Below are positions 13,130 to 25,360 of a stretch of 64,000 nt of DNA, in pieces. The notes under the pieces were generated by a model. The model ran no database searches, was not told the origin of the DNA, and saw nothing but the letters and a program-made list of their open reading frames with translations. Positions within the stretch are counted from its first letter, which is position 1. Each line of letters begins with the position of its first letter. This DNA comes from Eledone cirrhosa (taxonomy: Eukaryota). The stretch covers positions 53,320,001 to 53,384,000 of the forward strand of contig OZ024742.1 of assembly GCA_964016885.1 (NCBI GenBank), written 5' to 3'. The translations under genes were made by a program, and so were the position numbers.

Positions 13130-13380
13130 AGAAATATGGTCAATAAATGGTTAACAAATTTATGTCTTGTTCACTATTTCTAACCTCTGTATAAAATATG
13201 GTCACTTAACGGTTAACAAATTTATTTGACTCGTTCTCTACATCTAACCTCTGTATGAAATATGGTCACTTAACAGTTAACAAATATATTTGTCCTATTC
13301 ACTATATCTAACTTCTGTATGAAATATGGTTACTAAAGAGTTAACAAATTAATCTACTTTCTCACTATATCTAACCCAGT
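13130..13380. repeat. ~63-bp minisatellite, ~4 copies
   Basis: aaatatggtcacttaacggttaacaaatttat...tctaacctctgtatg repeated. Confidence 0.8.
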
Positions 13381-14029
13381 TTAATCAATATCTTATTCAA
13401 AATCCAGCCTTGTTTTGTTAATAGTTTCTCCTTATTTTTATGATGTTTCAATTCAAATGGATATTAAACAGGTTGCAGTGACAGGTTTCTGATGTGTTTT
13501 CAGGTTTTGCCACATTTTCTAGTTCAGTCTTAGATATTGAATAAGGCTGAATAATTGGATGTAAAAGTGAACTTTATCTATCAACATCTGGAATTGATAA
13601 TTCTCTGGTGAACTTTGAAGTTTTCAGAACAGAATTACAAAATTTCAATTGAAATTATATATACCATCTATCATCAGTAATCCGATGTATAATGCTGATA
13701 TTAATAATGCTTTGAAACATATATAAAGAAGTAAAAATGACTTAAAACTAATTTTTCCACCTAAGTATTTGATTATATATATCATCATCATCTTTGTTTT
13801 ACGTCCATTCTTCCACGCTAGCATGGGTTTAGACGGGTTGTCCCATTGTAGGCAATGTCAGACCAGGTGACCATGTCTTGCTGATACAGAATTGATTTTC
13901 GCTTGATTTCTACAGCTGGATGCCCTTCCTAACACCAACTTCATTTACAGTGAGTACTGGGTGCTTTTTACCATGGCGCCTACATGACCACTTTACAGTG
14001 TGGACTGGGTGCTTTTTTCACCTGATCCC

Positions 14030-14630
14030 AAGTCTTCTTTGGTCTCCCCACTGCAAGGCTTCCATGGATTTTTAGTGCTTAGCACCATTTTATGCAGCTG
14101 TCATCCTTCATACGCATCACAATATCCATACCAACGTATTCTCCTCTCCTGCACACAACATTTGATTCCTCTTATGCTTAGTCTCTCTCTCAAGTTGTTT
14201 ATGCTTTGCCATTTGCATATATTACTATTACACATCCAACAGAGCATGCAAGCTTCATTGCTTTCTAGTCTACACAAGTCTTCTGCACACAACACCCAGG
14301 TCTCACTACCATGCAGCATTGCTGTTTATATGCACGCATCATATAGTCTCCCTTTCATTTTGAGGGAAAAGCCTTTTGCAGCTAGCAGTGGTAGTATCTC
14401 CCTGAACTTCTTCCATCCCATTCTTACCCTGGTTACTGTACTTTCAGAGCACCCACCTCCACTGCTAATTCAATCATCTAGGTAGCAGCAAAAACTGTCT
14501 ACAGTTTCTACCAAGCCCTCCCAGAATTTTGTAGTGCTTGTTTCCTGTGGTCATTTGCTGCTTACTGTCCCGGTGCAACTGCTACATGTAAAGTCTACAT
14601 TCTTAGCTAAACTTCCTGCGATGCCACTAT
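14030..14630 (-). mobile_element. RTE LINE 3' fragment (same family as 1590-3575)
   Basis: MLHGSETWVLCAEDLCRLESNEACMLCWMC..RRIRWYG. Confidence 0.85.
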
Positions 14631-15355
14631 ATATATATGACAACTTCCCTAGTGATGGTGTCATGATAATTAGCACTTGGTAGGGCAAGGGAACTTATGT
14701 AAGCAAGATGCGAACCCTCAGCCTGTTTGAACACTTGGTAGAATCAGAAACATAATGTAAGCAAGATGCAGGCCTCTCAACAATGCTGAAGAAAAGGGGT
14801 CTTACCTACCAAGGCTGAGAGGCAAAAGACTGAAGAATAATCAAGAATGATAGTGAGTGAAAGCGAGTAGTAGAGAGAAAGGAAACGGGGAGAGAACAAA
14901 GGGGAAATAGAACAGATAGGGGTGTTACACAAATAAAAAAAAAAGAGGTAGCGAGACACTTTTCTTCAGCTCTGCAATCCAACCACATAGTTCAGATGAA
15001 TTCTAACAAAAGTCAATTTTTTTCAAATTTCTATTCTTCCTAATTTTACCATGTTGTACATTTTGCATGCTAAGAACATTGTCTATTTATTTCTAGTTGT
15101 AATTATTTACATACTTATCTCAGTTTTTGTCAAAAGCACCCCTAAAATTTCCTGTTCATTCTTTCTTTAGTTACCATCTCACATGCATCTTAACAACAGA
15201 GCAGTTTTACAATCTGCTGTGCAAACTGACATCACATGTGTAATATCACATTAATGCACAAAATTGCACTTCTGCAAGATGGCTGATTAGGTAATTATGC
15301 AGCTGTCTGTACATCTTATGTAACTGTGTGCATTTTCTGCTGACACAACACACAC

Positions 15356-15419
<64 letters not shown>

Positions 15420-15421
<2 letters not shown>

Positions 15422-15692
15422 ATTTCATCATCATCATTTCATTTTACGTCCGCTTTTCCCTGCTTGCAAGGGTGAGACGGGAACTGATTCTGGTTTGATT
15501 TCTACAGCTGGATGCCCTTCCTAACACCAACCTCATTTACAGTGAGTGCTTTTTTGCCGTGGCACCTCCACGACCTCATTTCTATAGCTGAGTAAACTGG
15601 AGCAATGTGAAATAAAGTGTCTTGCTCAAGGAAACAACGCATCACCCGGTCTTGCAAGGCCAATGCTCTAACCACTAAGCCATGTGCCTCCA
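15420..15692 (-). mobile_element. tRNA-derived CORE-like SINE with RTE tail
   Basis: Reverse complement ggaggcacatggcttagtggttagagcattgg..ccttgagcaagacactttatttcacattgctccag..gcaagcagggaaaagcggacgtaaaatg(gat)n. Confidence 0.8.
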
Positions 15693-16146
15693 TATATATA
15701 TATATATATATATATATCAACAAGGAAAAATAACATGTATGAATACATAGAAGCCCACACACCTACATACACTTATATAATATATGGTTATTTAAAAAAA
15801 TCATGAAGCTTCCCCAATAAAATAACACTTTCATTGTTGTTATTGAAAAAAAAATATATATATATATGTGTATATAATAAAACAAAGCCCAATTTCCAAT
15901 GGAGAATGACTAGAAAAATCTTAAGTAAGGATTCTTCACATTGATAAAATTGCATCACAATCTATTTCTTTTCTTGATTTTATTGCAAGAATTATTATTT
16001 ATTTACTTCAATTTCTTCTTATCTACACAGTTGCTCTTCAATTATTTAGTGGAATTTACTATTTTATTGAGTTGGTTTTTCACAACAAGGAAGGTCTGTG
16101 GTGCTTCTTTACTTTGTATTCTCTGTGAAAAAACAAAACAAATGGA

Positions 16147-16148
<2 letters not shown>

Positions 16149-16232
<84 letters not shown>
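16149..16232. repeat. (CT)n microsatellite
   Basis: Perfect dinucleotide run. Confidence 0.95.
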
Positions 16233-16235
<3 letters not shown>

Positions 16236-16319
16236 CAAAGTAGTATCATTATGTTACACTAACCTATCCTATACTACACCTGATTGTGTAGTATTGATAC
16301 AACACTTAACTATGTAGTA

Positions 16320-16490
16320 ATAGTCTTACACCTTGCTGTCTAGTAATGGTTCTAAACCTGATTGTATGGTAACAGTCTACACCTTGCTGTATAGTAATGG
16401 TTCTAAACCTGATTGTATGGTAACAGTCTACACCTTGCTGTATAGTAATGGTTCTAAACCTGATTGTATGGTAGCAGTCTACACCTGACT
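16320..16490. repeat. 52-bp minisatellite, ~3 copies
   Basis: acaccttgctgtatagtaatggttctaaacctgattgtatggtaacagtct repeated. Confidence 0.85.
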
Positions 16491-17813
16491 GTTTAGATGT
16501 TGTACAGCCAACTGTAGAACCATTTTTACTGTAAACACATATTTAGATATGTTTGTGTAGAGGTATTTTACATTTGTCTGTGTAGAGATATTTTGCATCT
16601 GTGTTTATTTGGAAAATGGTCTTTACTTTGAAATATCTTGAAGAAATATATTGGGTAAAAATATTATTTTGTTTTGTTTTGTTATCTTTTTATCTCGGTA
16701 CCATCATTATATTTCTATCCACATTGAACCAGCTTTCTGAACACTCTATTTATTTTTATATGAAATTATGATGGAAGTTTTTAATTGAGAGATGAACATT
16801 TAAAAGTTGATTGTTTTATCACAGAACCAGAGGTGGTTTCAAGTGTGTTGGTATTGAAAGGGTTAAATGGAAATGTCATAAGCAAGAGAGGTATGTTAAT
16901 TGTGCTTGTTAACTTTGAGGAAAAAGAATACAAAAATCAACATGGAGTGGACCAAGATATTTGTTGGGGTGAAGTGTCTTGACATTTCGTGTTGTACAGC
17001 GTCAATGATGGATATGATCAGGGGACATTTTAATCAATAATCTTACCTTTTGTCAATTTAGATGGCTATAGCTCTCAAATAATGCATGAGTTGTTGTTGA
17101 TATTGTTGTTAATGTTATAGGTCTAGTGGATGCAACATGGCCGAATTGTTGAGGAGTTTGTTTCTCAATCATTACATCCTGGTTCCATCCCACTTCTTTA
17201 CATCTTAGGCAAGTGTTATTTACTTGGGTCAACCTATTCCTTGTGAGGGAAATTAGGCAGACAGAAGCTGATTGGAAGCTACTCAAATAGACTGTACCTG
17301 TAATTCAAAGGGCCAGACTTGTCACACTGTCATGCTAAATCTCCTTGAGAATTATGTTAAAGGAATATGTCTGCAGAATGCTCAGTCACTTACACTACAA
17401 TACAAGATGGAATGTACCTGTAATTCAAAGGACCAACCTTGTCACACACTGTCATGCTGAGTCTCTTTGAGAATTACATTAAAGGTACATATGTCTGTGG
17501 AATGCTCAGCCACTTAAATTTTAATTTCACTAACAGACTGTTCTGTTAATGGAACAACTAAAACACTCATCATCGAAACCGCTGGAGGTTCATTGAGTTA
17601 TATACTTCAAATAATAACCTGTACTTAAAATATCTCTTACAATTTCGGTATTAAATATATCTTGCAAAAACTTACAATTTATTGCCATAATCGCAACAGA
17701 CACATAAGTGTTATCTATCAGAACATATTCAGAATATATCATGTTAATAAGTGGTGTCAGTATTAGACTATCTTTTAAATAATAGGCTTATATTTTCTTT
17801 AACTTATACATAG

Positions 17814-17871
<58 letters not shown>

Positions 17872-18899
17872 CTATATATGTGTGTATATATATGTGTGTC
17901 TATATGTGTGTGTATATATATGTGTGTATATATATATATGTGTATATATATATGTGTGTGTGTGTGATTATATGTGTGTGTTTATATAAATATGTGTATA
18001 TGTGTGTATGTATGTATATATATATGTGTGAGTGTGTATGTATATATTTATATGTAGAAGACCTGACTTCCCACGGGCAGAAGCTGAAGCACCCCACCCC
18101 ACCTCTCTCACTCCCATACACCTTTCATGATGACAAGCTGAAGTATGCATCTAGTGAAGCCTCCAGCCCACACTGTAAAGTAGAAGACCCAACTTCTCAC
18201 AGGCACTGGCTAAAGCTGAAGCATATATATAATATGCACCACCTGACCCCTCCCACTTCTTTACATCTTCCATGTGGACAAACTGAAGTATACATCCAGT
18301 GAAGCCTTTAGCTCACACTGTAAAGTGGTCATGATGGCAACACAGCAAAAAAGCTTCCAGCCCACACTATAAAGTGGTTATGTAGGTGTCACTGCAAAAA
18401 GCACCCATCCCACACTGTAAAGTGGTCGTGTAGTTATCACTGCAAAAAGCACCCATCTCACGCTGTAAAGTGGTCATGTAGGTGTCACAACAAAAAGTAC
18501 ACAGTACTCACTATAAATGAGATTGCTGCTAGGAAGGGCATCCAGCTGTAGAAACCAAGCCAGAAATCGGTTCTATATGAGCAAAACATGGTCACCTGAC
18601 CTGGCATTTCTCACAATAAGATAACTCGTCTAACCCATGCTAGCGTGGAAATGGGTGTTAAATGGGGATGATATATATATATGTATATATATGTGTGTGT
18701 ATATATATATATCATTGTAGTTAATATGAAGTATTGTGAGGTATGTAGTAAAAGGCTGATAGTTTTTTTTTAAAGCTTTTACAATGCAGTAGAAAATATG
18801 AAAGGTAAATGATAACAAATAAAAAACAAAAAAACAAAGTTACATTTTACCTAATGTATATTTCAGGGCTATTAACCTATTAACAGATGCAAAACTGAA

Positions 18900-19100
18900 A
18901 CAGTTCCAAACAAAACAAAATGAGCTACACATACGGATCAAGGATCATGTCACAATGAGAGACCTATCCGTTAAAAACATCTTGACAGATGCCGTAGTCA
19001 AGACATTGAGGAATATAGGCAATTTACGGATTAAAGAGGCCATTTTCATCAGCCGAATAAAACCAAGGATAAATAATAGGTCAGAAATGCACGAGACAGA
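18900..19100 (+). mobile_element. C-terminal GIY-YIG fragment of a Penelope-like element
   Basis: ELHIRIKDHV...NLRIKEAIFISRIKPRINNRSE matches the L..R..EH / L.I.EA..I...P.IN pattern. Confidence 0.55.
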
Positions 19101-19204
19101 ATGGTTTTTGTATCAACCTCACACATGCGTTTTGCAGATACATAGACCAGTTAGGGAAGAATACTTTGATCACTTGTTTTGTTATGTTTTGGACGGTTTC
19201 AGCT

Positions 19205-19960
19205 TCACATAACATTCCACATGATTATGGAATCGAAGCCATCAAATACTGGCTGGACTAATTCCCTTATGAACTACCAGACTGCTTCAATAAGAATTTC
19301 ATTGAAGATGGACTTAAATTCATTTAAAAAACAATTATTTCATATTTGATGAAATAGCCTATTGACAGAAACCAGAAATAGCCATGGGGACAAAAGTTGC
19401 ACCAATATATGCTTACCTACTCATGAGATACCAGGAATTACAAATTTACAAAAAAAAAAAAAAATCAGAACAAATTAATGGGAATAATTTTCGGCATCTA
19501 CATAAAGAAAAATGGAAGAGGTACTTGGACGACTGCTTCATATTGTGGAGGGAGAATTTGACCAACTAAAGGAATTTCAAACCCTCATCAATGATAAAAG
19601 CCAGAATACCCAATTCACTATGGATTTTAGCAATATAAATCTTCCATTTTTAGATATCCTCAATGACTTCTTGTGCAACTCGGAGAATCTAATATACATT
19701 ATGACACGTAAAGGCTGCCACGAACATTATATTGGACAAAGTGGTACTTCACTCCAAAGATGAATGACAGTTCACTGTCAACAAATCAGGGACCCACACA
19801 CCAGAAAGATCCCGCTAAGCCAACATATAAAGGAATGTGGAGGACGAATTCTGCCAAATTTTAATTTCTTTCCGTTCTACAAGTGTAGCAAAAGTTTTCC
19901 CACAGGAAAAACCTATTTATAAGGAAAGATCTTCATAAGTAGATTCAAGTCAAAACTCGT
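19205..19960 (+). mobile_element. Degenerate Penelope-like element: RT + GIY-YIG endonuclease (Neptune-type Cys motif), internally deleted
   Basis: NIPHDYGIEAIKYWLD, NNYFIFD, AMGTKVAPIYA, WKRYLDDCFILW, LPFLDI, then CNSENLIYIMT.KGCHEHYIGQSG..L..RMTVH. Multiple stops. Confidence 0.85.
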
Positions 19961-20988
19961 TTTTATGCACATAAAAAATATTAAAAATGCCTGAATTATG
20001 TCCCTTGTTATGAACCATATTCACCTCGATATAATCGACAAAGATAAAACCAGTTGTCTTCAGCAAAAACGTAAGTGACCAACCATATGAGATAAACAGA
20101 ACCGAGAAACATTTTTCGAAAGACTGCAACAAAAATCTCTATGAAAAGACTGTAAACACAGCTAAAACCTGTAAAAGTAAACAAAAGTATATAAATAATC
20201 ATCAAATTACTTGGCACATTAATATAGAAACCTTCTAAATAACTAAAAGGTCAGTCATTGCACTGTTCAAACATTATATATATGTATTCATGAGTGAATA
20301 ACAATAATATTATCATGATATTATTAATATTTAGTTTGTTTACAAGTAAGCAGCCTCATAAAACACCATGTTGTAGTTGACAACTTCATCCTTTTGTTCC
20401 AGCGGTAGCTGAGAGAAAACAATCAACAATATTCTTTCGGAGTGTTTTGCTCCTTATTAAAATTGTGTATTCTTCTGTCTGCTATCCCTTGGAACTACTG
20501 AGAATGCATAGTATTCTCAAATGTATACATTGGCTGATTAACCTCATTTGTATACCAAGTGGTTTTACTGCTGGCTTTGCCAAAAACTAAAAACAAAATT
20601 TGTTTACGCTTTTAACATGGTGGATAATAATATTATTGTTATTCATTCACGAATACATTTAGATATCCACCATGTTAAGAGCGAAAACAAATTTTGTCCA
20701 GAATGGTCTGGCAGCTCCTTTATGTAGTTAACTGAAGCGAAAAGTAGAAGAATTAAGTTTCCAACAATTCACCTGCATATGTGAATTTATAATCTTCTAA
20801 ACTGAGGAAACAAACTATTACCTCTCCACTTGGCCATTGTAGTTCTCCAACTTCACACACATTCACAAAATATTCTAAACATTGTCATCATTATTAACAA
20901 TGTTTTTATTGTCATTACTAGCACCACCATGACCATCACAACCACTAAAACTAATAATAACACCAAAATAATATTAACCACACTACCA

Positions 20989-21019
<31 letters not shown>

Positions 21020-22039
21020 CAACAACAACGCTATCAATATTAATCTCACAATTCTTCATTTGAATAAAATTAGTCTCTTTAGTGAAGAAATCAATCAATT
21101 TTCAGCGGCAAACTTCCAACTGTATTTCAAAATGGTAGATTACTTTGGGGAATCAGAAGCAATCAAATTCAATTTTCTAAGCTACAGGAATTGGGGGATA
21201 GAGAGAGCAGGAGAGTGTGAGTGAGAGAGAGTGAGAGAAGGAAGAAGTGTATGTACATATATATAGAGAGAGATAGAAAGAGTGAGAGAAAGATAAGTGT
21301 ATATATATATATAAATATATAAGAGAGAGAGAGCAATGAAAACTTAGTATCCAAGATTTTTATCTTAAGAAAGTTAATTGCCACTTTAAAGCTTCAAACA
21401 CTTTTGACTTTCCATGGAATTTTTCTTCATTCTTTGAATTATTAACCCTTCTCTAACTGTTCTTAAGAAATGTCCCAGCAGAATATTGCAGAATATTCCA
21501 GTCTTAGAGCCAATAATTGGTATATATTGTAAACAGTGAATATTGAGAAGGAGAAGATTAGAGGATGAGGGGGAGGGGGGGGGGAGAAGAAAATAAAAGC
21601 AACAATAAAAACAGTAAATGAATAGATTTATATAATGTGTGACACTACTGGAGACCATTCTAATGTAAATGGAGCAAAAGACCAAGCGAGGAGAGGTGAG
21701 AGGAAGAGAAAACAGATGGTGTGAGACAGAAGAGAGTGAGTGAGAGAAGAGAGGGAGGAAGAGCAAGTGAGTGTGAAGAGGCAGAGAAAGACAGAAAAGA
21801 GGGTGAGTGAGAAATAAAATGTTTCTGGCATATTTCCAAGCAATAGTCATATGACAACTTTAACTCTTAACATTCTATGTTTTTCATCTTCTTCAGCATT
21901 TTCTCAGCCATAGCCTTTCTATTTGTATAATCAGCTACAGTAAGCTTTTGTTTAGTCTGTATTCTGTTGAGGTACTTCTTAAGAGCCTCTTTGAAAACCC
22001 TTCTGCAAGTTTCTGTAAAGAAACCCAAGGGTTGGCTTC

Positions 22040-22300
22040 TGCACAGTGATCATCTGGGCTCTGTTCAACAGATTCTTGGACCATATCCATAATTTCCTGT
22101 GTATGCTTCCTATGTAGAATGGTCCTCAAACATTGTATTGATGTTCTCCACTATCCCATAGGTCTCAAAATTCTTTGCCCAGTTTTGTATATTGGTTTTG
22201 AAGGGAGTTTTTTCTGTTCCAAAAAATGCATGAAATTGCTTGTATGAGCCATACTTATAATAGTATTTCACACAGAAAATCTGGTGGTGCTGGAACTCCT
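22040..22300 (-). mobile_element. N-terminal remnant of a Tc1/mariner transposase (DUF4817-type HTH)
   Basis: Reverse strand QHHQIFCVKYYYKYGSYKQFHAFFG..TNIQNWAKNFETYGIV..RKHTQEIMDMVQESVEQSP. Confidence 0.55.
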
Positions 22301-22457
22301 GTTGTGGTTGTGTTTTCTTCTCAGATATTCTATCTACTATGTTCTGAAATTGAAGGTTGATTGGTTAGAAAATGAATATTCTGTGATACAAAACATGTGC
22401 AGTGCCAATGTTTTTTTTTAGTAATTCTGTATATGTGTGCATATATATATATATATA

Positions 22458-22670
22458 TATATTAGTAAAAAGGAAAAGAAAATGCTGACAAATTTTTCCC
22501 AGTGAAAAATAGTTTAATTAGGAATAAGTATAAATTAGTAATAAGTATTAGTTTACTAATTTATACTTATTCCTAATTAAACTATTTTTCACTGGGAAAA
22601 ATTTGTCAGCATTTTCTTTTTCTCTTTTTACTAATATATTACAACTCGTGTGTCACACCTCTATTTCTTT
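22458..22670. mobile_element. Fold-back element (~82-bp arms, ~11-bp spacer, short tail) next to (TA)n
   Basis: 22461-22541 is the near-perfect reverse complement of 22553-22636. Confidence 0.75.
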
Positions 22671-24123
22671 TAAGCAGGGAAAAGTGGACGTAAAATGAAA
22701 TGATGATGATAATGATGATATATATATATATATATTATTAGTAGAGCTTAAAAGTTTAAAACTTTTAATTTGTACTAATAATAAATATTTGCTCTATGGG
22801 TTTATCCAACCCTCCATTTTTTATTGTGGCACCAAAACGACCATCTAACAGAGTGGACTGGATGCTTATTCATCGTGTCACCAGCATGATCACCTTACAA
22901 GGTGGACTGGGTGCTTTTGCATGTCACCAACACAACTTACAGGTATGATGGATTCGGTGCTTTTGTTGTTATAGTACCAGCTCACCATACTGAGGTGAAC
23001 TTTGTTATTTGTTGGCATAGTGTGGCAGGAGAGATGTATGAGAGGCAAGGAATGAACATGCGGGGATGGAGAAAGGAGGAGAATAAGTTCTCAGGTTTGA
23101 CATGGGTGAGCTGTAAGGGTTATTTAGCTGGTGAGGAGTGGATGGGAGGTATTAAGATTGGGGAGGGCTAAAGAGCAGAAGATTGGTACAGATTAGTGCC
23201 CTCTGCATATTTGTTTCATCCTGTGCACATGGGAGGGTGGGTCTCCTTCAGTACCGCACAATGCCAGTGATCTCAATCCTGTGTCATCTCCTTTGTGAGA
23301 TTTAATTAAGCCAGGTCAGTTTTAATCCCTTCATCTCAAACTTTACTAGGTTTTCCTCTTCCATAGTTTCCGTCGACTTTATGTGCTTTGTATCTTTTGG
23401 TAATTATTTTGGTCTTAATTTATGTTGCCATAGCAGTTTATTGATATTGTTGCTTTTATTTTGTTTTTTTTTGTTGTATTGCTTACATATGTTTTAATTA
23501 TTTTATTTTATTTTATTTATTTATTTTTTCCTCTATTTATTTATTCATTTACTTTTGTTCTTTTTATTTAGTTTTAATTTATTTAATTTTTTTTTGTTTT
23601 GCTTTTTTTAATTTATTTTTTTGGCAACAGAAATTTGGAAGAGTTTATAACAGAAAGCTTTTGATAAGCAGCCACTGTCAATGGCATGCATGTAAGTGAT
23701 CATTAGATGCAGGAACTGTTATTTTGGTAAGCAGTTTTTTTTTTTGTTTTTCTGTTTATTATATTTTTATTTCTATCTGGAAAATAAACCAAACTTATTT
23801 TAAAAAAAGGTTCTTTTTAAAATTCTTGTCTATGCAATCATTATAAAGGTGAGGTCTTTTATTCAACAGTTTCTATGGTTGAATGGGAATCTTTCCGAAT
23901 GATTATCTATACATGTCTTGAATAAAACAACAACATTGATGAAGAGGAATTAAATAGCTGTTAAATCTAGTTAGATCTCAAGCAGCTGTTTTACTTCTAG
24001 TGATATGTGTGTGTGTGTGTGTGTGTATAAGTATGTATATATTATACAGGACTAGAAGTGTTTCATTCTTATGAAATCATCAGGATTTCATATATTTATA
24101 TATTTTCATTGGGAATCCACCCA

Positions 24124-24165
<42 letters not shown>

Positions 24166-24380
24166 TATGTATGTATGTATACGTACATACATATATGTAT
24201 ACAGACGTACAGTAGTATGTATATATATACATACATGCACACATATATATATGCACGTATTGGTTTACCGAACATTTATTATAATGCTCGGTTTGTTTGT
24301 AAACAAACAAACAGCCCGAATTGCGCGGTACAGTGTTTAGGCAGCCACGTCACCTTTTTGTTCAACACTGACACTGGAAC

Positions 24381-24419
24381 GATGTACTAGTTTCAAGCTT
24401 ATTAGCTATCGTCAGCATC
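24381..24419 (-). ncRNA. Minimal type I hammerhead ribozyme (inverted copy, CUGACGA core)
   Basis: Reverse complement gatg-CTGACGA-tagctaataagctt-GAAACTAGTA-catc. Confidence 0.8.
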
Positions 24420-24639
24420 GTATTCCTTCCTGCCAGATGGTTGAACGTCTGAAAGTATATACTTTCCTTATGCATATTAACGGCTGAGCAGCCTAATTTG
24501 TCATTCTATTCCATTTATCGTTTTCGGTGTGCCCGGCCGACTGAACTCACTCGATATGCAAATTAGGCCGCTCAGCCGTTAATATGCATAAGGAAAGTAT
24601 ATACTTTCAGACGTTCAACCATCTGGCAGGAAGGTATAC

Positions 24640-24678
24640 GATGCTGATGATAGCTAATAAGCTTGAAACTAGTACATC
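24640..24678 (+). ncRNA. Minimal type I hammerhead ribozyme
   Basis: gatg-CTGATGA-t agct aata agct t-GAA-ACTAGT-A-catc: stem I gatg/catc, palindromic stem III, GUA cleavage triplet. Confidence 0.8.
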
Positions 24679-24952
24679 TTCCTGTGTCAGTGTTGAACAA
24701 AAAGGTGACGTGTTGCCTAAACACTGTACCGCGCAATTCGGGCTGTTTGTTTGTTTACAAACAAACAAACCGAGCATTATAATAAATGTTCTGTAAACCG
24801 ATACGTGCATATATATATGTGTGCATGTATGTATATATATACATACTACTGTACGTCTGTATACATATATGTATGTACGTATACATACATACTTACATTT
24901 AAGTAAGTGCCGTACTAAGAGTGAGAAATGAAATTTAGTTTCATTCTATTCC

Positions 24953-24955
<3 letters not shown>

Positions 24956-25050
<95 letters not shown>
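24956..25050. repeat. (TA)n(TAGA)n compound microsatellite
   Basis: Direct reading. Confidence 0.95.
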
Positions 25051-25051
<1 letters not shown>

Positions 25052-25360
25052 TGAAGGCGTGTGGCTGAGTGGTTAGAGAATTGGATTCACAATCTTGAGG
25101 TTGTGTGTTCGATTACTGGACCAGGCGATGCGTTATGTCCTTGAGCAAGACACTTTATATCACGTTGTTCCTTCTACCTGGAGTTGCGACCAATAGATAG
25201 TATCAGCAACTGGAAAGACCGATGGAAACATTGTTTCCTTGGTCCGATTTGACAAAAGTCAATCGAAATATTAGACTGAGACCGACGACGCATCAGAGCT
25301 GGCGCCGTCGCAGTTCGCTGCGTGCGGTCGGCGGCATCGCGCATCAATTCGACTTGCAAA
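25051..25360 (+). mobile_element. tRNA/CORE-like SINE subfamily with a distinct GC-rich 3' part (related copies - strand at ~29050-29263 and ~36015-36223)
   Basis: A-box tggctgagtgg, B-box gttcgattac, core tccttgagcaagacacttta, shared ttgcgaccaatagatagt..aaagacc..ggaaac. Confidence 0.7.

Larger units (their letters stand above)
24162..24955 (+). mobile_element. Fold-back hammerhead element (Penelope-type/retrozyme-like): ~338-bp inverted arms, spacer, tail, in (TA)n
   Basis: Arms 24162-24500 and 24559-24895 are near-identical inverted repeats, each with a hammerhead. 15-nt redundancy at 24501-24515 = 24941-24955. Confidence 0.85.

Noticed and set aside
16320-16490. Regularly spaced repeats as a possible CRISPR array (also 13130 and 46664)
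   Set aside because: No unique spacers, no cas genes, eukaryotic context; these are simple minisatellites
15900-17050. Possible minus-strand exons (acceptor at ~16122, donor at ~17047)
   Set aside because: Splice-like signals only, with no convincing reading frame; cannot be supported without RNA data
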